This document shows positions 40,783-49,879 of a stretch of 64,000 bases of DNA, piece by piece. Each line of letters opens with the position of its first letter. Position 1 is the stretch's first letter. The translations under genes and the position numbers were made by a program. The notes under the pieces were generated by a model. It did no database searches. It saw nothing but the letters and a program-made list of their open reading frames with translations, and had not been told where the DNA came from. The stretch is from the NCBI GenBank assembly GCA_036336835.1, contig JAYZFK010000005.1, positions 32,001 to 96,000 of the forward strand, written 5' to 3'. The stretch is from Myxococcota bacterium. Its GTDB lineage: Bacteria > Myxococcota_A > UBA9160 > UBA4427.

Positions 40783-41831
40783 CCTTCCTCCTCCTCCGGC
40801 GAGTCGGTCGACCGCAGCGAGAGCCACAGACGCAGCAGGTGGCGCCGTAGCCCGGGGCCCGTGTGATCCTCGTAGGCTGCCCGCGCGTGGATCACCACGT
40901 GATTCGACAGCAGCTGCACGTCGCCACGCTCTAGCTGCATGTCGAGCCGCAGCGCCTGCGAGTTCGCAATCTCTTCGTAGAGGTCGAGCAGCTCGAGCTC
41001 CTGCTCGGTAGGCCGGTTCACGCCTGTGTGACGAGCGACCGAACGGAAGTAGTCGGAGTGGAAGAACGTGCGCAGCCTGCCGTTTGCATGGCGACACGGA
41101 GGCACTGGGATCCAGGCCGGGCCGCCCTCGGTCTCTTCGTTACGCGTGTCGAGCAGGAAGGGCTGGTACAGCCGGTCGACCCACTCCGGACGCCGCTCGA
41201 GCAAGACGTTATAGACGGCCACAGAGCTCGCGATCCGGCTGGTACCGCCGTGTCGAGCCGTGTTCAGACAGAGCAGCGCAACCACATCGGCCAGATCGCA
41301 GTGGTAGGCGATCGCGCCGGCCGTGCGATAGCGGCGCACGTAGGGATCGGCCGCATCCTCGCCGGTATCGAACACGTGGCCGAGCAGATCCACGGCCATG
41401 TTCTGGGCGCCGGGCTCGCCGAGGTGCTGGCCGAGCCCCCAGTAGACCCACGACGTCAGCTCCTCGCCCCAGCGCTCGACCGGCAGGCCGCGCAGCAGCA
41501 GGAAGCCGCGGCCGCGGTCGAGCTCCGCGACCCAGTCCGCGACCGCGGGACCGAGCCCGGGTAGTGGGAAGCTCTTGCGGCTGAGCTCGGCGAGCGGCCC
41601 GCCGCGGTCGCGCGCCGAGCGCGCCGCCGCCTCGAGCTCGGCCACCTGTGAGGCAGTGAGACGGACGACCCACTCTTCGCTGCTGGCGAGGTCGCAGCCC
41701 CGCCATGCGGCGCGGGTGCGCAGCGGCTCGCGCGCGGCCGTCGTGTGCTCGCGCCGGTAGTAGCGAAGCGCCTGGGCGCCGAAGCTGATCACCGAGCCCG
41801 AATCCGTCGCGTGCAAGGCAGACGGCGTCAT
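40779..41831 (-). CDS. TauD/TfdA-family Fe(II)/2-oxoglutarate dioxygenase
   Basis: GRGF.LLRG.P, QN..DLLGHV, HCD, GD.QL.SN..IH.R..YED, RHLLRLWL. Confidence 0.88.
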   Translation of the reverse strand: MTPSALHATDSGSVISFGAQALRYYRREHTTAAREPLRTRAAWRGCDLASSEEWVVRLTASQVAELEAAARSARDRGGPLAELSRKSFPLPGLGPAVADWVAELDRGRGFLLLRGLPVERWGEELTSWVYWGLGQHLGEPGAQNMAVDLLGHVFDTGEDAADPYVRRYRTAGAIAYHCDLADVVALLCLNTARHGGTSRIASSVAVYNVLLERRPEWVDRLYQPFLLDTRNEETEGGPAWIPVPPCRHANGRLRTFFHSDYFRSVARHTGVNRPTEQELELLDLYEEIANSQALRLDMQLERGDVQLLSNHVVIHARAAYEDHTGPGLRRHLLRLWLSLRSTDSPEEEEG

Positions 41832-41860
41832 CCCGACAGGGTAGCGAGACCGCACACCGC

Positions 41861-42328
41861 TCAGGGCGCGGCGAACAGGACGCTCAAGTCCTCGGTCTCC
41901 TGCAGGCCGACCAGCTGCCAGGAGGTGTCGGCGCGGTAGAAGAGGAAGCGCCATACGACCGCCCCGTTGTCGAAGCGTTCGATGTGGCTGATGCGCACGA
42001 CGCGCTCACCGGCCTCCTCGCTGGCCACCAGCTCGTAGCCGAGAGAGAGACCGAGCGTCTTGCGGAGGTCCCTGCGCCGCGCCACGCCGTCCTCGATCAA
42101 GCTGGCCAGCTTCGATGGCGCCAGGGGCCAGAACCGTGCCGCCAGGCGATAGGCGGCCCTTACGTCGTTTGCCACGAGGTTGCGCATGAACGCATCCGTG
42201 AGATCGCTGAGGTCGCTCTGGCTGCGCAGGCTCGACGGCACCGGAGACGCCGGCGTCGCAATCAACAGCGCCAGCCCGACCGCCGCGCACGCATGGATCG
42301 CTCGGTGCACGCCTGCTGCGGAATCCAT
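41861..42328 (-). CDS. Exported hypothetical protein
   Basis: Signal peptide, GC3-biased ORF, W.F.FYR...WQL end. Confidence 0.6.
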   Translation of the reverse strand: MDSAAGVHRAIHACAAVGLALLIATPASPVPSSLRSQSDLSDLTDAFMRNLVANDVRAAYRLAARFWPLAPSKLASLIEDGVARRRDLRKTLGLSLGYELVASEEAGERVVRISHIERFDNGAVVWRFLFYRADTSWQLVGLQETEDLSVLFAAP

Positions 42329-42409
42329 CGCTCGATCCCCCCGGACTGCGCAAGGGCGGGAAGGTATCACTCCGCCGCGAGCCGACGGTGGTGCACGCCG
42401 TTGGAGCGT

Positions 42410-42895
42410 CTAGCCAAGCTCGACGACACCGGTGAGGCGACCGGCAGCCCCGAGCTCCGCGACGGATTCATAGTGGAGCCGAGCGAGCGCGCCAGGCTCG
42501 CGGCCGAGCGCGGCAGCGAGCCGCTCGAGCTCTACGTGCGCCCGCGCCGGCAGGCTCGGGTTGAGGCAGTACTCGTCGTCCCCCAGGTAGACGCAGAGGA
42601 CCGCGTCCCCGACGCGGTATCCGAGCAGCGACTCTCCGCCCGGAAACGTGATGCGCAGGCCGACACTGGGACTCGCAACCTCGAGCGCTGCCGCGAGATC
42701 CAGCACCGGATAGAGCGGCGCGCGGCCGCAGTAGTGGTAGCGCTCGATCTCGGCATCGAGTCGCGGGGGCGCCACGCCCCACGACAGGATGCGCGTCCGA
42801 TCGGCGCCCTCGTGGAAGTCGGCCCACACGGGGTGGGCCTCCAGATCCTCGCGCGTCAACAGCTCGATCATCCGGAACTCCGCGGGTCGGATCAC
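42410..42895 (-). CDS. Hypothetical protein
   Basis: GTGA overlap with the upstream GNAT gene. L.AHPVW pattern. Confidence 0.6.
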   Translation of the reverse strand: MIRPAEFRMIELLTREDLEAHPVWADFHEGADRTRILSWGVAPPRLDAEIERYHYCGRAPLYPVLDLAAALEVASPSVGLRITFPGGESLLGYRVGDAVLCVYLGDDEYCLNPSLPARAHVELERLAAALGREPGALARLHYESVAELGAAGRLTGVVELG

Positions 42896-43524
42896 GCGTC
42901 TCTCCCCTCTACGGCCCGGGGGCGGCGCAACATCGGCCACACCACCGGCCCATCTGGAACGCGCACTTCCTGCCTCACCTCGAAGCCGTGACGCTCGTAG
43001 AACGGGATGTTCACCTCCTTCGAGGACTCGAGATAGGCGAGCACCCCCTCGCGATCGCAACGCTCGAGCACGGGCGCGATCAGCGCCGACCCGACCCCCC
43101 TGGCCTGATACTCGGGGGCGGTTCCCAGGACGGCCAGATACCAGTGCGGCCGCTGTTCGTGCACCGCCTCGAGCGTACGCCCGAGTGCCATCCCCGCTCG
43201 GGCCCGACCGCGCAGTGCCAGCGCAGCGCGCAGCATCGTCGACAGTAGCTGGAGGCTACCCGGGCTCGGTGGATTCGGTGCCTGCCAGACCGCGCCGCCC
43301 CGAATCTCCTCGTCCGTCTCCATGCGACCGTGGGCGACTAGCGTGGGTATCATCCAGCGGTAGAACGCCGTCAGCCGACGGAACCGCGAGCCGGAATCCG
43401 GGAACAAGAACCCGGTCAGCGGGTCGTCCTCGAAGGCGCGCGCGAGCACGGCGTAGAACTCACGCAGCTCGTGAGCGCGCACCGGTCGAACGCTGCCGCC
43501 GTCGATCCGTCGCCGCTCCGTCAT
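42892..43524 (-). CDS. GNAT acetyltransferase
   Basis: AFEDDP, HWYLAVLGT.PE.Q.RG.GSAL, AYLESS, N.PFYERHGF. Confidence 0.9.
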   Translation of the reverse strand: MTERRRIDGGSVRPVRAHELREFYAVLARAFEDDPLTGFLFPDSGSRFRRLTAFYRWMIPTLVAHGRMETDEEIRGGAVWQAPNPPSPGSLQLLSTMLRAALALRGRARAGMALGRTLEAVHEQRPHWYLAVLGTAPEYQARGVGSALIAPVLERCDREGVLAYLESSKEVNIPFYERHGFEVRQEVRVPDGPVVWPMLRRPRAVEGRDA

Positions 43525-44543
43525 GCCGCATAGAGCCGCGTGAAGTCCGCAACCTCGGCTTTCCAGTGCCCCGCGTCGGGCGATCGGGTGTTGGTCAGGC
43601 TCACGCCGTCGGCGATGCCCACCATGCGCGCGTGCAGCCGCTTGGCAATCTCGTGACGCTCTCCGACGACGCAAATCGTCTCGAGCATCTCGTCGTCGAT
43701 CAGGCGCGCCATCTCCTGCCAGCGACCCTCCTTCGACAGCGCGTTCAGTCGCGGATGCAGGTCGCCCCAGCCATGGCAGTCGAGCACCGGACGATAGGCG
43801 GGCGTCGACCCGTAGAACGCGAGCTGATTGCGCGCGGATTCCTTGACCGCGTGGAACTCGGCCTCGGTGCTAGCCGTCACGACCATCGCAACCGCGATCA
43901 CGTCGAGCTGATCGCGGGACCGTCCGGAACGCGCAAGGCCCCGCTCGAGCGCGGGGAGCGTGCGCTGCAGATGGGACTCGCGCGAGTTGAAGGGATGGGC
44001 GATGAAGCCGTCGGCGACCTCGCCCGCGACCTGCACCATCTTCGGGCCGTAGCCGGCTGTGTAGATCGGCGGCGGCCCGAATGGATTGGGCCCGGGATCG
44101 AAGGCCGGGATCATGATCGTGTGCGTGTAGTAGTCGCCGCGATGTTCGAGCTTCGCCTTGCCCTCCCAGGCGTCGAAGATCGCGCGGATCGCGACCACGA
44201 TCTCTCGCATGCGAGCCGCCGGCCGGCCCCACTCGGAGCTGAACCGCTTCTCGATGTGCGGGCGGACCTGCGAGCCGAGACCGAGCAGGAAGCGTCCGCT
44301 GCTCAACACCTGCAGGCCGTAGGCCAGGTTCGCCAGGTTCATCGGATTGCGCGCGAAGGCGATTGCGATCGCCGTTCCGAGCCGCAGCTGACTGGTGTGC
44401 TCCGCGGCCACCGCGAGCGGCAGGAAGGGATCGTGCTTCGCCTCGAACGAGAAGGCGCCGTCGTAGCCGACCGCCTCGAGCTCCGGGTACAGCACGCGGG
44501 CATCGCGCGGATCTTCGAGCGGCGCGGTGGTGTAGATCTTCAT
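43521..44543 (-). CDS. LLM-class, probably F420-dependent oxidoreductase (TIGR03617-like)
   Basis: E.KHDPF.PL, IAIAFARNPM, LGLGSQVRPHIEKRF, HPF, AFYGSTPAY. Confidence 0.88.
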   Translation of the reverse strand: MKIYTTAPLEDPRDARVLYPELEAVGYDGAFSFEAKHDPFLPLAVAAEHTSQLRLGTAIAIAFARNPMNLANLAYGLQVLSSGRFLLGLGSQVRPHIEKRFSSEWGRPAARMREIVVAIRAIFDAWEGKAKLEHRGDYYTHTIMIPAFDPGPNPFGPPPIYTAGYGPKMVQVAGEVADGFIAHPFNSRESHLQRTLPALERGLARSGRSRDQLDVIAVAMVVTASTEAEFHAVKESARNQLAFYGSTPAYRPVLDCHGWGDLHPRLNALSKEGRWQEMARLIDDEMLETICVVGERHEIAKRLHARMVGIADGVSLTNTRSPDAGHWKAEVADFTRLYAA

Positions 44544-44756
44544 CGGCTTCGGAGCCTCGATCCTCCGCGAACGAGCGCCGCAGAGCTTACCACGCGCGGG
44601 TGAGCCACCTCACACTGTCGACGACCACTCGGACCGATGTACACGTCAAGGCCTGCCCGCAAGCGTGGGCCGCGCGAATCCACCGTCACCGCCCGTGCAC
44701 GCCGCTTGCGGGCCGTAAGCGCCGTGTCATCATCAGGCGCCAAATAGGGGGGAACG

Positions 44757-45506
44757 ATGACCGAACGAACAGCGAACCGGCGTTTGCTTGGCCTCTGCAG
44801 TGTCCTCGCGCTACTGCTTGCCGCCGCACCCGTGTTCGCGCAGCAGGGCGACAATCGCGAGCCCCCGGCGGTTTCGAAGGCGCACTTCACCGGCGACTTC
44901 GGCGCCAGCTTCGACAGCATCGACGACGTCGACCGCCAGAGCTTCACCGGTGGCTCAACCTTCTACGCTCCGGTCGCCGACGTGTTCGGGATCGCTGTCG
45001 GCGGCGATCTGGGCTTCGGCGCCGTCGAGGGCGACTTCGGCGAAGTAGTCGGTGTGCACGGCGCGGGCTTCTGGCGCGATCCGCGCAGCGGCTACATCGG
45101 TGCCGCCCTGACCTTCGACCACGTATCGGACTTCCAGCGCGTCAACGTCTCGGCCATCGGCGGCGCCTACCTCAACGACTGGGACCTGATGAGCGCAGCG
45201 GGCTACGACGGCGGCGACGGCCCCGGTGTCGGGCTGTTCTCGTTCGAGACCGGCTACTACTTGACCAGCAATCTCCGGCTCGGCGGGGAGCTCGCATTCG
45301 GCACCGACGACACGATCTCGGGTGGAGGACTGATCCACTGGCAGCCGGCCCCGGATTCCCCCGTCACGCTGAGCGCGCATGTCGGCGGCGGCGAGCTCGA
45401 CAATACCGGCTTCTACGCTGTCTCCCTCGGCCTGACGGTGACGTTCTCGGATCGCAAATCGCTACGCGATCAGCTGCGCACCGATCGGCTGCTGATCTTC
45501 GACTGA
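44757..45506 (+). CDS. Outer-membrane beta-barrel-like protein
   Basis: Signal peptide ending VFA, Gly/aromatic alternating strands, FWRDP..G, F...SL....R tail. GGGGG RBS. Confidence 0.7.
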   Translation: MTERTANRRLLGLCSVLALLLAAAPVFAQQGDNREPPAVSKAHFTGDFGASFDSIDDVDRQSFTGGSTFYAPVADVFGIAVGGDLGFGAVEGDFGEVVGVHGAGFWRDPRSGYIGAALTFDHVSDFQRVNVSAIGGAYLNDWDLMSAAGYDGGDGPGVGLFSFETGYYLTSNLRLGGELAFGTDDTISGGGLIHWQPAPDSPVTLSAHVGGGELDNTGFYAVSLGLTVTFSDRKSLRDQLRTDRLLIFD

Positions 45507-45605
45507 CGCGGTAGCCGGCAGCTCTGGACTGCCGACCAAGCGAAGTCCGAAACGGACCGAGATCGCAGGCGAGCACGCCCCTTGATCGGCCGCGGGCAGG
45601 TGGCG

Positions 45606-45824
45606 TCAGGAGCCGAGCGCGTCGATCACCTCCTGCTCCTCGGGGAAGCGCCCAGCCTCGTGCTTCGAGAAGACGAGCTTCCCGTCGCACTCGACGTCGT
45701 AGATGCCGTTGTCTCCCTTGATCAGCTCGGCATCGACTCCGAACTCATCCTTGATCCTGGCCGCCAGACCGGAGGCTCGGGGGAGATAGTTTCAACGGGT
45801 GCAATAGGTGATCGTGACCTTCAT
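45606..45824 (-). CDS. Rdx (SelT/SelW/SelH) family selenoprotein, CxxU
   Basis: Not in ORF track. MKVTITYCTR-UGA-NYLPRASGLAARIKDEFGVDAELIKGDNGIYDVECDGKLVFSKHEAGRFPEEQEVIDALGS. AGGAG RBS. Confidence 0.9.
45760..45776 (-). promoter_or_regulatory. Bacterial SECIS element candidate
   Basis: mRNA GCCUCCGGUCUGGCGGC hairpin starts 15 nt after the in-frame UGA (45792-45794). Apical GGUCU resembles the E. coli fdhF SECIS loop. Confidence 0.7.
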
Positions 45825-45986
45825 CGCAGGCTCCTGCTTCCAGTGGCTCTCCCAAGGATGCCGCAGCCGGGCAGCGATTCCACATCGCCGAGCCCGCTGC
45901 CCGACGCGCGAGCTCGTCGCTCGATTCCGTCGCCAACAGGGAAAGCCCGCGCAGGCCCGGGGCCAAGGCGGCCAGGACGTCGATCC

Positions 45987-46367
45987 CTAGGGTGATCTCC
46001 GCGACCACTCCACTCGATCGGCGTAGAAGGCCAGATGGTCCTTCAGTCCCGCAACCTGGTCGAACGGGTCCTCGTAGCTCCAGACGGCGTTCTCGCTCTC
46101 GACCTCGGCGACCCGCAGTGTCCAATAGGAGGCCTCCCCCTTGAACGGGCAGAAGCTCGCGTGCCCGGTTCGCTGCAGGTGCTCGAAGCGCACGTCCTCG
46201 CGCGGAAAGTAGACGACCTCGGCGTGGTTCGATTCGCGCACGTACAGCGGACGTGCGCTGTCGGCGATCACCTGACCGTCGAACGAGACCCGCACAAGAT
46301 CACTCCCTCGAACGAGCTCGACCTGGTAGTCCGGGTACTTCGAGTAGAGAGACTCACCCTTCGGCAT
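45987..46367 (-). CDS. DUF427 domain protein
   Basis: VIADS, E....VYFPREDV, CPFKGEASYW, NAVWSYE.P, LAFY. Confidence 0.88.
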   Translation of the reverse strand: MPKGESLYSKYPDYQVELVRGSDLVRVSFDGQVIADSARPLYVRESNHAEVVYFPREDVRFEHLQRTGHASFCPFKGEASYWTLRVAEVESENAVWSYEDPFDQVAGLKDHLAFYADRVEWSRRSP

Positions 46368-46764
46368 CGATCCCTCCCAGCGTCGTCGAGGCCAGCAGCC
46401 ACTGACCGGCCAAACCGCCCTCTCGGAAGCTGCCGATCTCGCGCACCGCGTCGCTGGTCGCGATCTCGACGAACTTCTTGCGCGACGGATACTCGACGAG
46501 CGCCACCATGTCGACACCATCGGCGCCGCTGCCGATGACCTGCGAATCGACGCGTCCGAGCCACAGGAAGCGGCCTCCCTGCCCTTCGACGATCTCGCGC
46601 ATCGGGGCTGCATAACGCGCATACGATTCGCTGCCCAAAAGATCGTCGTCGCCGTCGGACTGGCCCTTGAAGCACAACAGGTTGATCATGACGACGGGAT
46701 CGTCCGAGGTGTCGGCGAGCAGAGTCTCGATCTGCTCGCGGCTGGGGTAGAGATCGATCTGCAT
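46354..46764 (-). CDS. DUF1330-like dimeric alpha/beta barrel protein
   Basis: PVVMINLL.F, Y.RY, GGR..W.G, LVEYPSR, R..GL. AAGGAGG RBS. Confidence 0.8.
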   Translation of the reverse strand: MQIDLYPSREQIETLLADTSDDPVVMINLLCFKGQSDGDDDLLGSESYARYAAPMREIVEGQGGRFLWLGRVDSQVIGSGADGVDMVALVEYPSRKKFVEIATSDAVREIGSFREGGLAGQWLLASTTLGGIDAEG

Positions 46765-46774
46765 CGAGCCTCCT

Positions 46775-47431
46775 TCAGCGCGAGCAGCAACCCGGCTCGC
46801 GAATCGCGCAACAGCCGCCCACCGCGAGCGCGGCGCCCGCCACCGGCGCGGTCAGATAGATCCAGAGTCCCCCGAACTGTCCGGCAATCAGGGCGGGACC
46901 CAGGGAGCGCGCCGGGTTCATCGACGCGCCACTGATCGGTCCGGCGAACAGGGCGCACATGCTCACGGTCGCCCCGATCGCGAGGCCCGCGATGATCCCT
47001 TGCTCCTTGGAGCCGGTCGCAACGCCGAGGATCACGAACATCAGCAAGAAGCTCACGGCGACCTCGATGGCGAAGCTCTGGCCGAGCGAGCCAGACGGCG
47101 CCGTCGCACCGAGCGTGGCGTGATCGGCGAACATCAGCATCAGCACTCCACTTGCCAGGACAGCGCCGACACACTGGCTGACGATGTAAGGCATCACCTG
47201 ACCACCGTCGAAGCGGCGTGCGATCCAGAATCCAAGCGTCACTGCCGGGTTGAGGTGCGCACCGGAGATTTCTCCGACCGAGTAGATCATCGTCATGACG
47301 ACGACGCCGAAGGCGAACGAGACACCGAAGTGCGACAGGGCGCCGCCAGTCAGGTCGTCGACACAGATGGCACCTGTACCGATGAAGACCAGAGCGAAGG
47401 TGCCGATCGCCTCGGCCGCATAGCGCTTCAC
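46775..47431 (-). CDS. Aquaporin / MIP channel with C-terminal CC...CC
   Basis: AEAIGTF, SGAHLNPAVT, SGASMNPARS, WIY..AP. Tail GGCCAIREPGCCSR. Confidence 0.92.
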   Translation of the reverse strand: MKRYAAEAIGTFALVFIGTGAICVDDLTGGALSHFGVSFAFGVVVMTMIYSVGEISGAHLNPAVTLGFWIARRFDGGQVMPYIVSQCVGAVLASGVLMLMFADHATLGATAPSGSLGQSFAIEVAVSFLLMFVILGVATGSKEQGIIAGLAIGATVSMCALFAGPISGASMNPARSLGPALIAGQFGGLWIYLTAPVAGAALAVGGCCAIREPGCCSR

Positions 47432-48042
47432 TCGGCGGCTTCCCGCCGCGCCAGGACGGTCTCGACCGGGAGCTGACTGAACTCGATCAGCGTGCTCATC
47501 GAGGCCCGATCCTCCGCGGATGCATCTTCGACCGAGATCCTCGCCTGTGACGAGAAGATCTGCAGCTTGCTGGGCAACACGACGCGAATCCGCCCAATGT
47601 AGGTGATGCGGCTGGGATCGACCGAGAACGCGAGATCGATCGGAAACCGCTTGCCGTCCGTAATCGAGATCAACCCCAGCGGCCAGCTGCCGGGAGCACG
47701 GTAGACGACGAGCTCCAGATCTTGCAGCGAGGCCGGGCCAGGCATCATCGAGACCACGAACGGCACTGGCTCGGTCGTGCGCACACGCACGCGCTCGGTC
47801 GTTCCCGGCCAGCTGTCGCGCGAACTGGCAAAGTGGAACACGTAGTCCGGCTTTCGTGCGGCGAGATCGTCCTCGAAGAATCCGTCCCATGCCGAGCGTG
47901 GAGCGCGCTCGAGTTCGACGACGAGCGACCCGATCACGGAGCCGTACCCCGAGGGCGAGCGGTGCTGACGAGCCACGGACTGCGAGCACGCACTCGCCAG
48001 CATAGTGCCGAGACAAACGAGAACGAGGGAGACTCTGCGCAT
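47428..48042 (-). CDS. Hypothetical lipoprotein
   Basis: LASAC lipobox, YIGRI motif. GTGA overlap with the aquaporin gene. Confidence 0.65.
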   Translation of the reverse strand: MRRVSLVLVCLGTMLASACSQSVARQHRSPSGYGSVIGSLVVELERAPRSAWDGFFEDDLAARKPDYVFHFASSRDSWPGTTERVRVRTTEPVPFVVSMMPGPASLQDLELVVYRAPGSWPLGLISITDGKRFPIDLAFSVDPSRITYIGRIRVVLPSKLQIFSSQARISVEDASAEDRASMSTLIEFSQLPVETVLARREAAE

Positions 48043-48277
48043 CGGGTTCCTCGACAGGGATTCTACAGGGTAGCGTTTCGCTCGCCCGCCCGGCGCTCCG
48101 TGCGAGCTGACACGCTCCAGTGCACGATCCGCCGCGCTCGTGGGAAGGCCCGAAGAAAAATCGCTTACCGAAACACCTGGGCGTGCCCCGAAGCAGAGTT
48201 CGATCGAGAGTCGCTCGACTCGCGCGCGACGCGACCGATGGCGCTGCCGCCCTTCCCGCTCGAAGCGGCCGGGGCAA

Positions 48278-48904
48278 TCAGCCGCAGAGCTCGCCCACCC
48301 CTCGTACGCGCCATCGCGGAGCTCCCGGCGGTGCCGCCGGTAAGGACTCGATCCGGGTCAGCGACAAGTTGCGGACCGAGAACACGACTGCCTGCGAAAC
48401 ATCGATGCCTAACGCGATGGCCAGCGCACAACGGATCGGTCCGCCGTGCGCAACACATACGAGATCGCGCCCAGAATGCTCGTCCGCCAGGCGATCGATC
48501 GCTCGCTCCACCCGCTCGCGCACATCGCACAGGCTCTCTCCGCCCGGGGCACGCTCATGCGGGGGGAGATCCCAGAACCCGACGAACGGATCCGTGCGAC
48601 GCGCGGTATTGTCGCTGTGGAGCAGCCCGTGGAGCTCACCGAAGTCCTGCTCGCCGAGATCTCTGTCGACGACCAACTCCGGCAGCGGATAGCCGGCTCT
48701 TCCGAGCGCAGCCGCCGTCTGGCTGGTACGCCGCAAGTGACTCACCACCCAGATCGCGTCGCGCGGCAGCCGCGCCGCCAGCGCCTCGAAGGACGCGCGA
48801 TCCCCGGTGTCACAGTCCAGGTCGGTATTGCCGTAGATCCGATCGGAGTGATCGGGCACCGGCGCGTGCCGGATCCACCAGAACCGCGTCACCTCCTCGT
48901 TCAT
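48278..48904 (-). CDS. Histidine phosphatase (phosphoglycerate mutase / CobC-like)
   Basis: WIRHAP, S.L.RT.QTA, EQDFG, PGGES, VAHGG.IR. Confidence 0.88.
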   Translation of the reverse strand: MNEEVTRFWWIRHAPVPDHSDRIYGNTDLDCDTGDRASFEALAARLPRDAIWVVSHLRRTSQTAAALGRAGYPLPELVVDRDLGEQDFGELHGLLHSDNTARRTDPFVGFWDLPPHERAPGGESLCDVRERVERAIDRLADEHSGRDLVCVAHGGPIRCALAIALGIDVSQAVVFSVRNLSLTRIESLPAAPPGAPRWRVRGVGELCG

Positions 48905-49124
48905 CGCCGAATCGAGCGGGGCACCGCTGCGCAACCGACGCCGATCTGCTCGCGGTCGTGATCGAGCGTCTCGATCGCTGCGAGCTCACACCAGGACGCC
49001 CCCACACCCGACGGGCGTCGCGTCACGTACAGTGCTGATACGGTGGAACGAGGCAGGTTGGTATGGAGGGACGCGCAACCGGCGCACCGTCTCGAGCCGC
49101 TCCTGGTCTCGGGAAGACCGCGCT

Positions 49125-49313
49125 TCAGCGCTGGACCAGCTCCAGGTGCAATATTGCGCCCGCGGTGCGGACTTCGATGCCCTTCCACTGCTCCAGGAGC
49201 CGGCAGCGAGTCACTTGAGCGCTCCCGGGTGATCCCATCCGAATCCATATCGCGCCCTTGGGGCTGCGATTGAGGCGATCGACGATCGCGGGCCAGTCTC
49301 TGCGAGTTGCCAT
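49125..49313 (-). CDS. Small hypothetical protein (62 aa)
   Basis: AGGAG RBS before MATRRDWPAIVDRLN..., in an otherwise empty gap. Confidence 0.55.
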   Translation of the reverse strand: MATRRDWPAIVDRLNRSPKGAIWIRMGSPGSAQVTRCRLLEQWKGIEVRTAGAILHLELVQR

Positions 49314-49531
49314 TCCGTTCTCTCCTGCGGCTTGGAAGCAGCGGGATAATCGCATGTCGCCGGACATCCGCCATAGGTCGAGGCCGAATTCCTGCTCCGA
49401 GCACGCGAAATTTCTTGGAAGAGCGAAAATGACTCCCGGCCTTGTTAGTGTCGGGATCATGGGTTCCCTAGCACACCCTAATATGGGTCAGCGCGGCTGA
49501 TCTGAGTCAGTGGCCGAGCACGAAACGGCGC

Positions 49532-49879
49532 TCACGGCTCCGAGAGCGTTCCTGAGCCGGCCTCGACTGCGCCGCCGACCCGGGGTACGCCGAAATCGAT
49601 CTCCAATTCCGGGGCGGAGAACTCAACCGGGGTCCGCGGCCGCTCGGTGATCCGCGGCGGTACGTACTCGGGGATCTCGAGTACGGGCTCCTCTACCTCC
49701 GCGCCCGACTCCGACCCGGCCTCAACCGCCGGAGCCAACTCGAGCAGTCGATCCACCGAGTGCGTTTCCTGTGACTCGGTCGCGTCCCGAAGACGCCACT
49801 GGACGATCGCGAGGGCGACCAGCAGAACCGCCAGCCCAAGTGCGAGTCGTGTCGGCAAGCCAGCTTTCCTCGTGATCAC
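49532..49879 (-). CDS. Hypothetical single-TM protein with acidic/Pro-rich tail
   Basis: GTGA overlap with the GFA gene. TM helix LALGLAVLLVALAIV. Confidence 0.55.
   Translation of the reverse strand: MITRKAGLPTRLALGLAVLLVALAIVQWRLRDATESQETHSVDRLLELAPAVEAGSESGAEVEEPVLEIPEYVPPRITERPRTPVEFSAPELEIDFGVPRVGGAVEAGSGTLSEP

Noticed and set aside
44695..44710. GTGCACGCCGCTTGCG as a sigma54 promoter
   Set aside because: The -12 half is good, but the invariant GG at -24 is missing.
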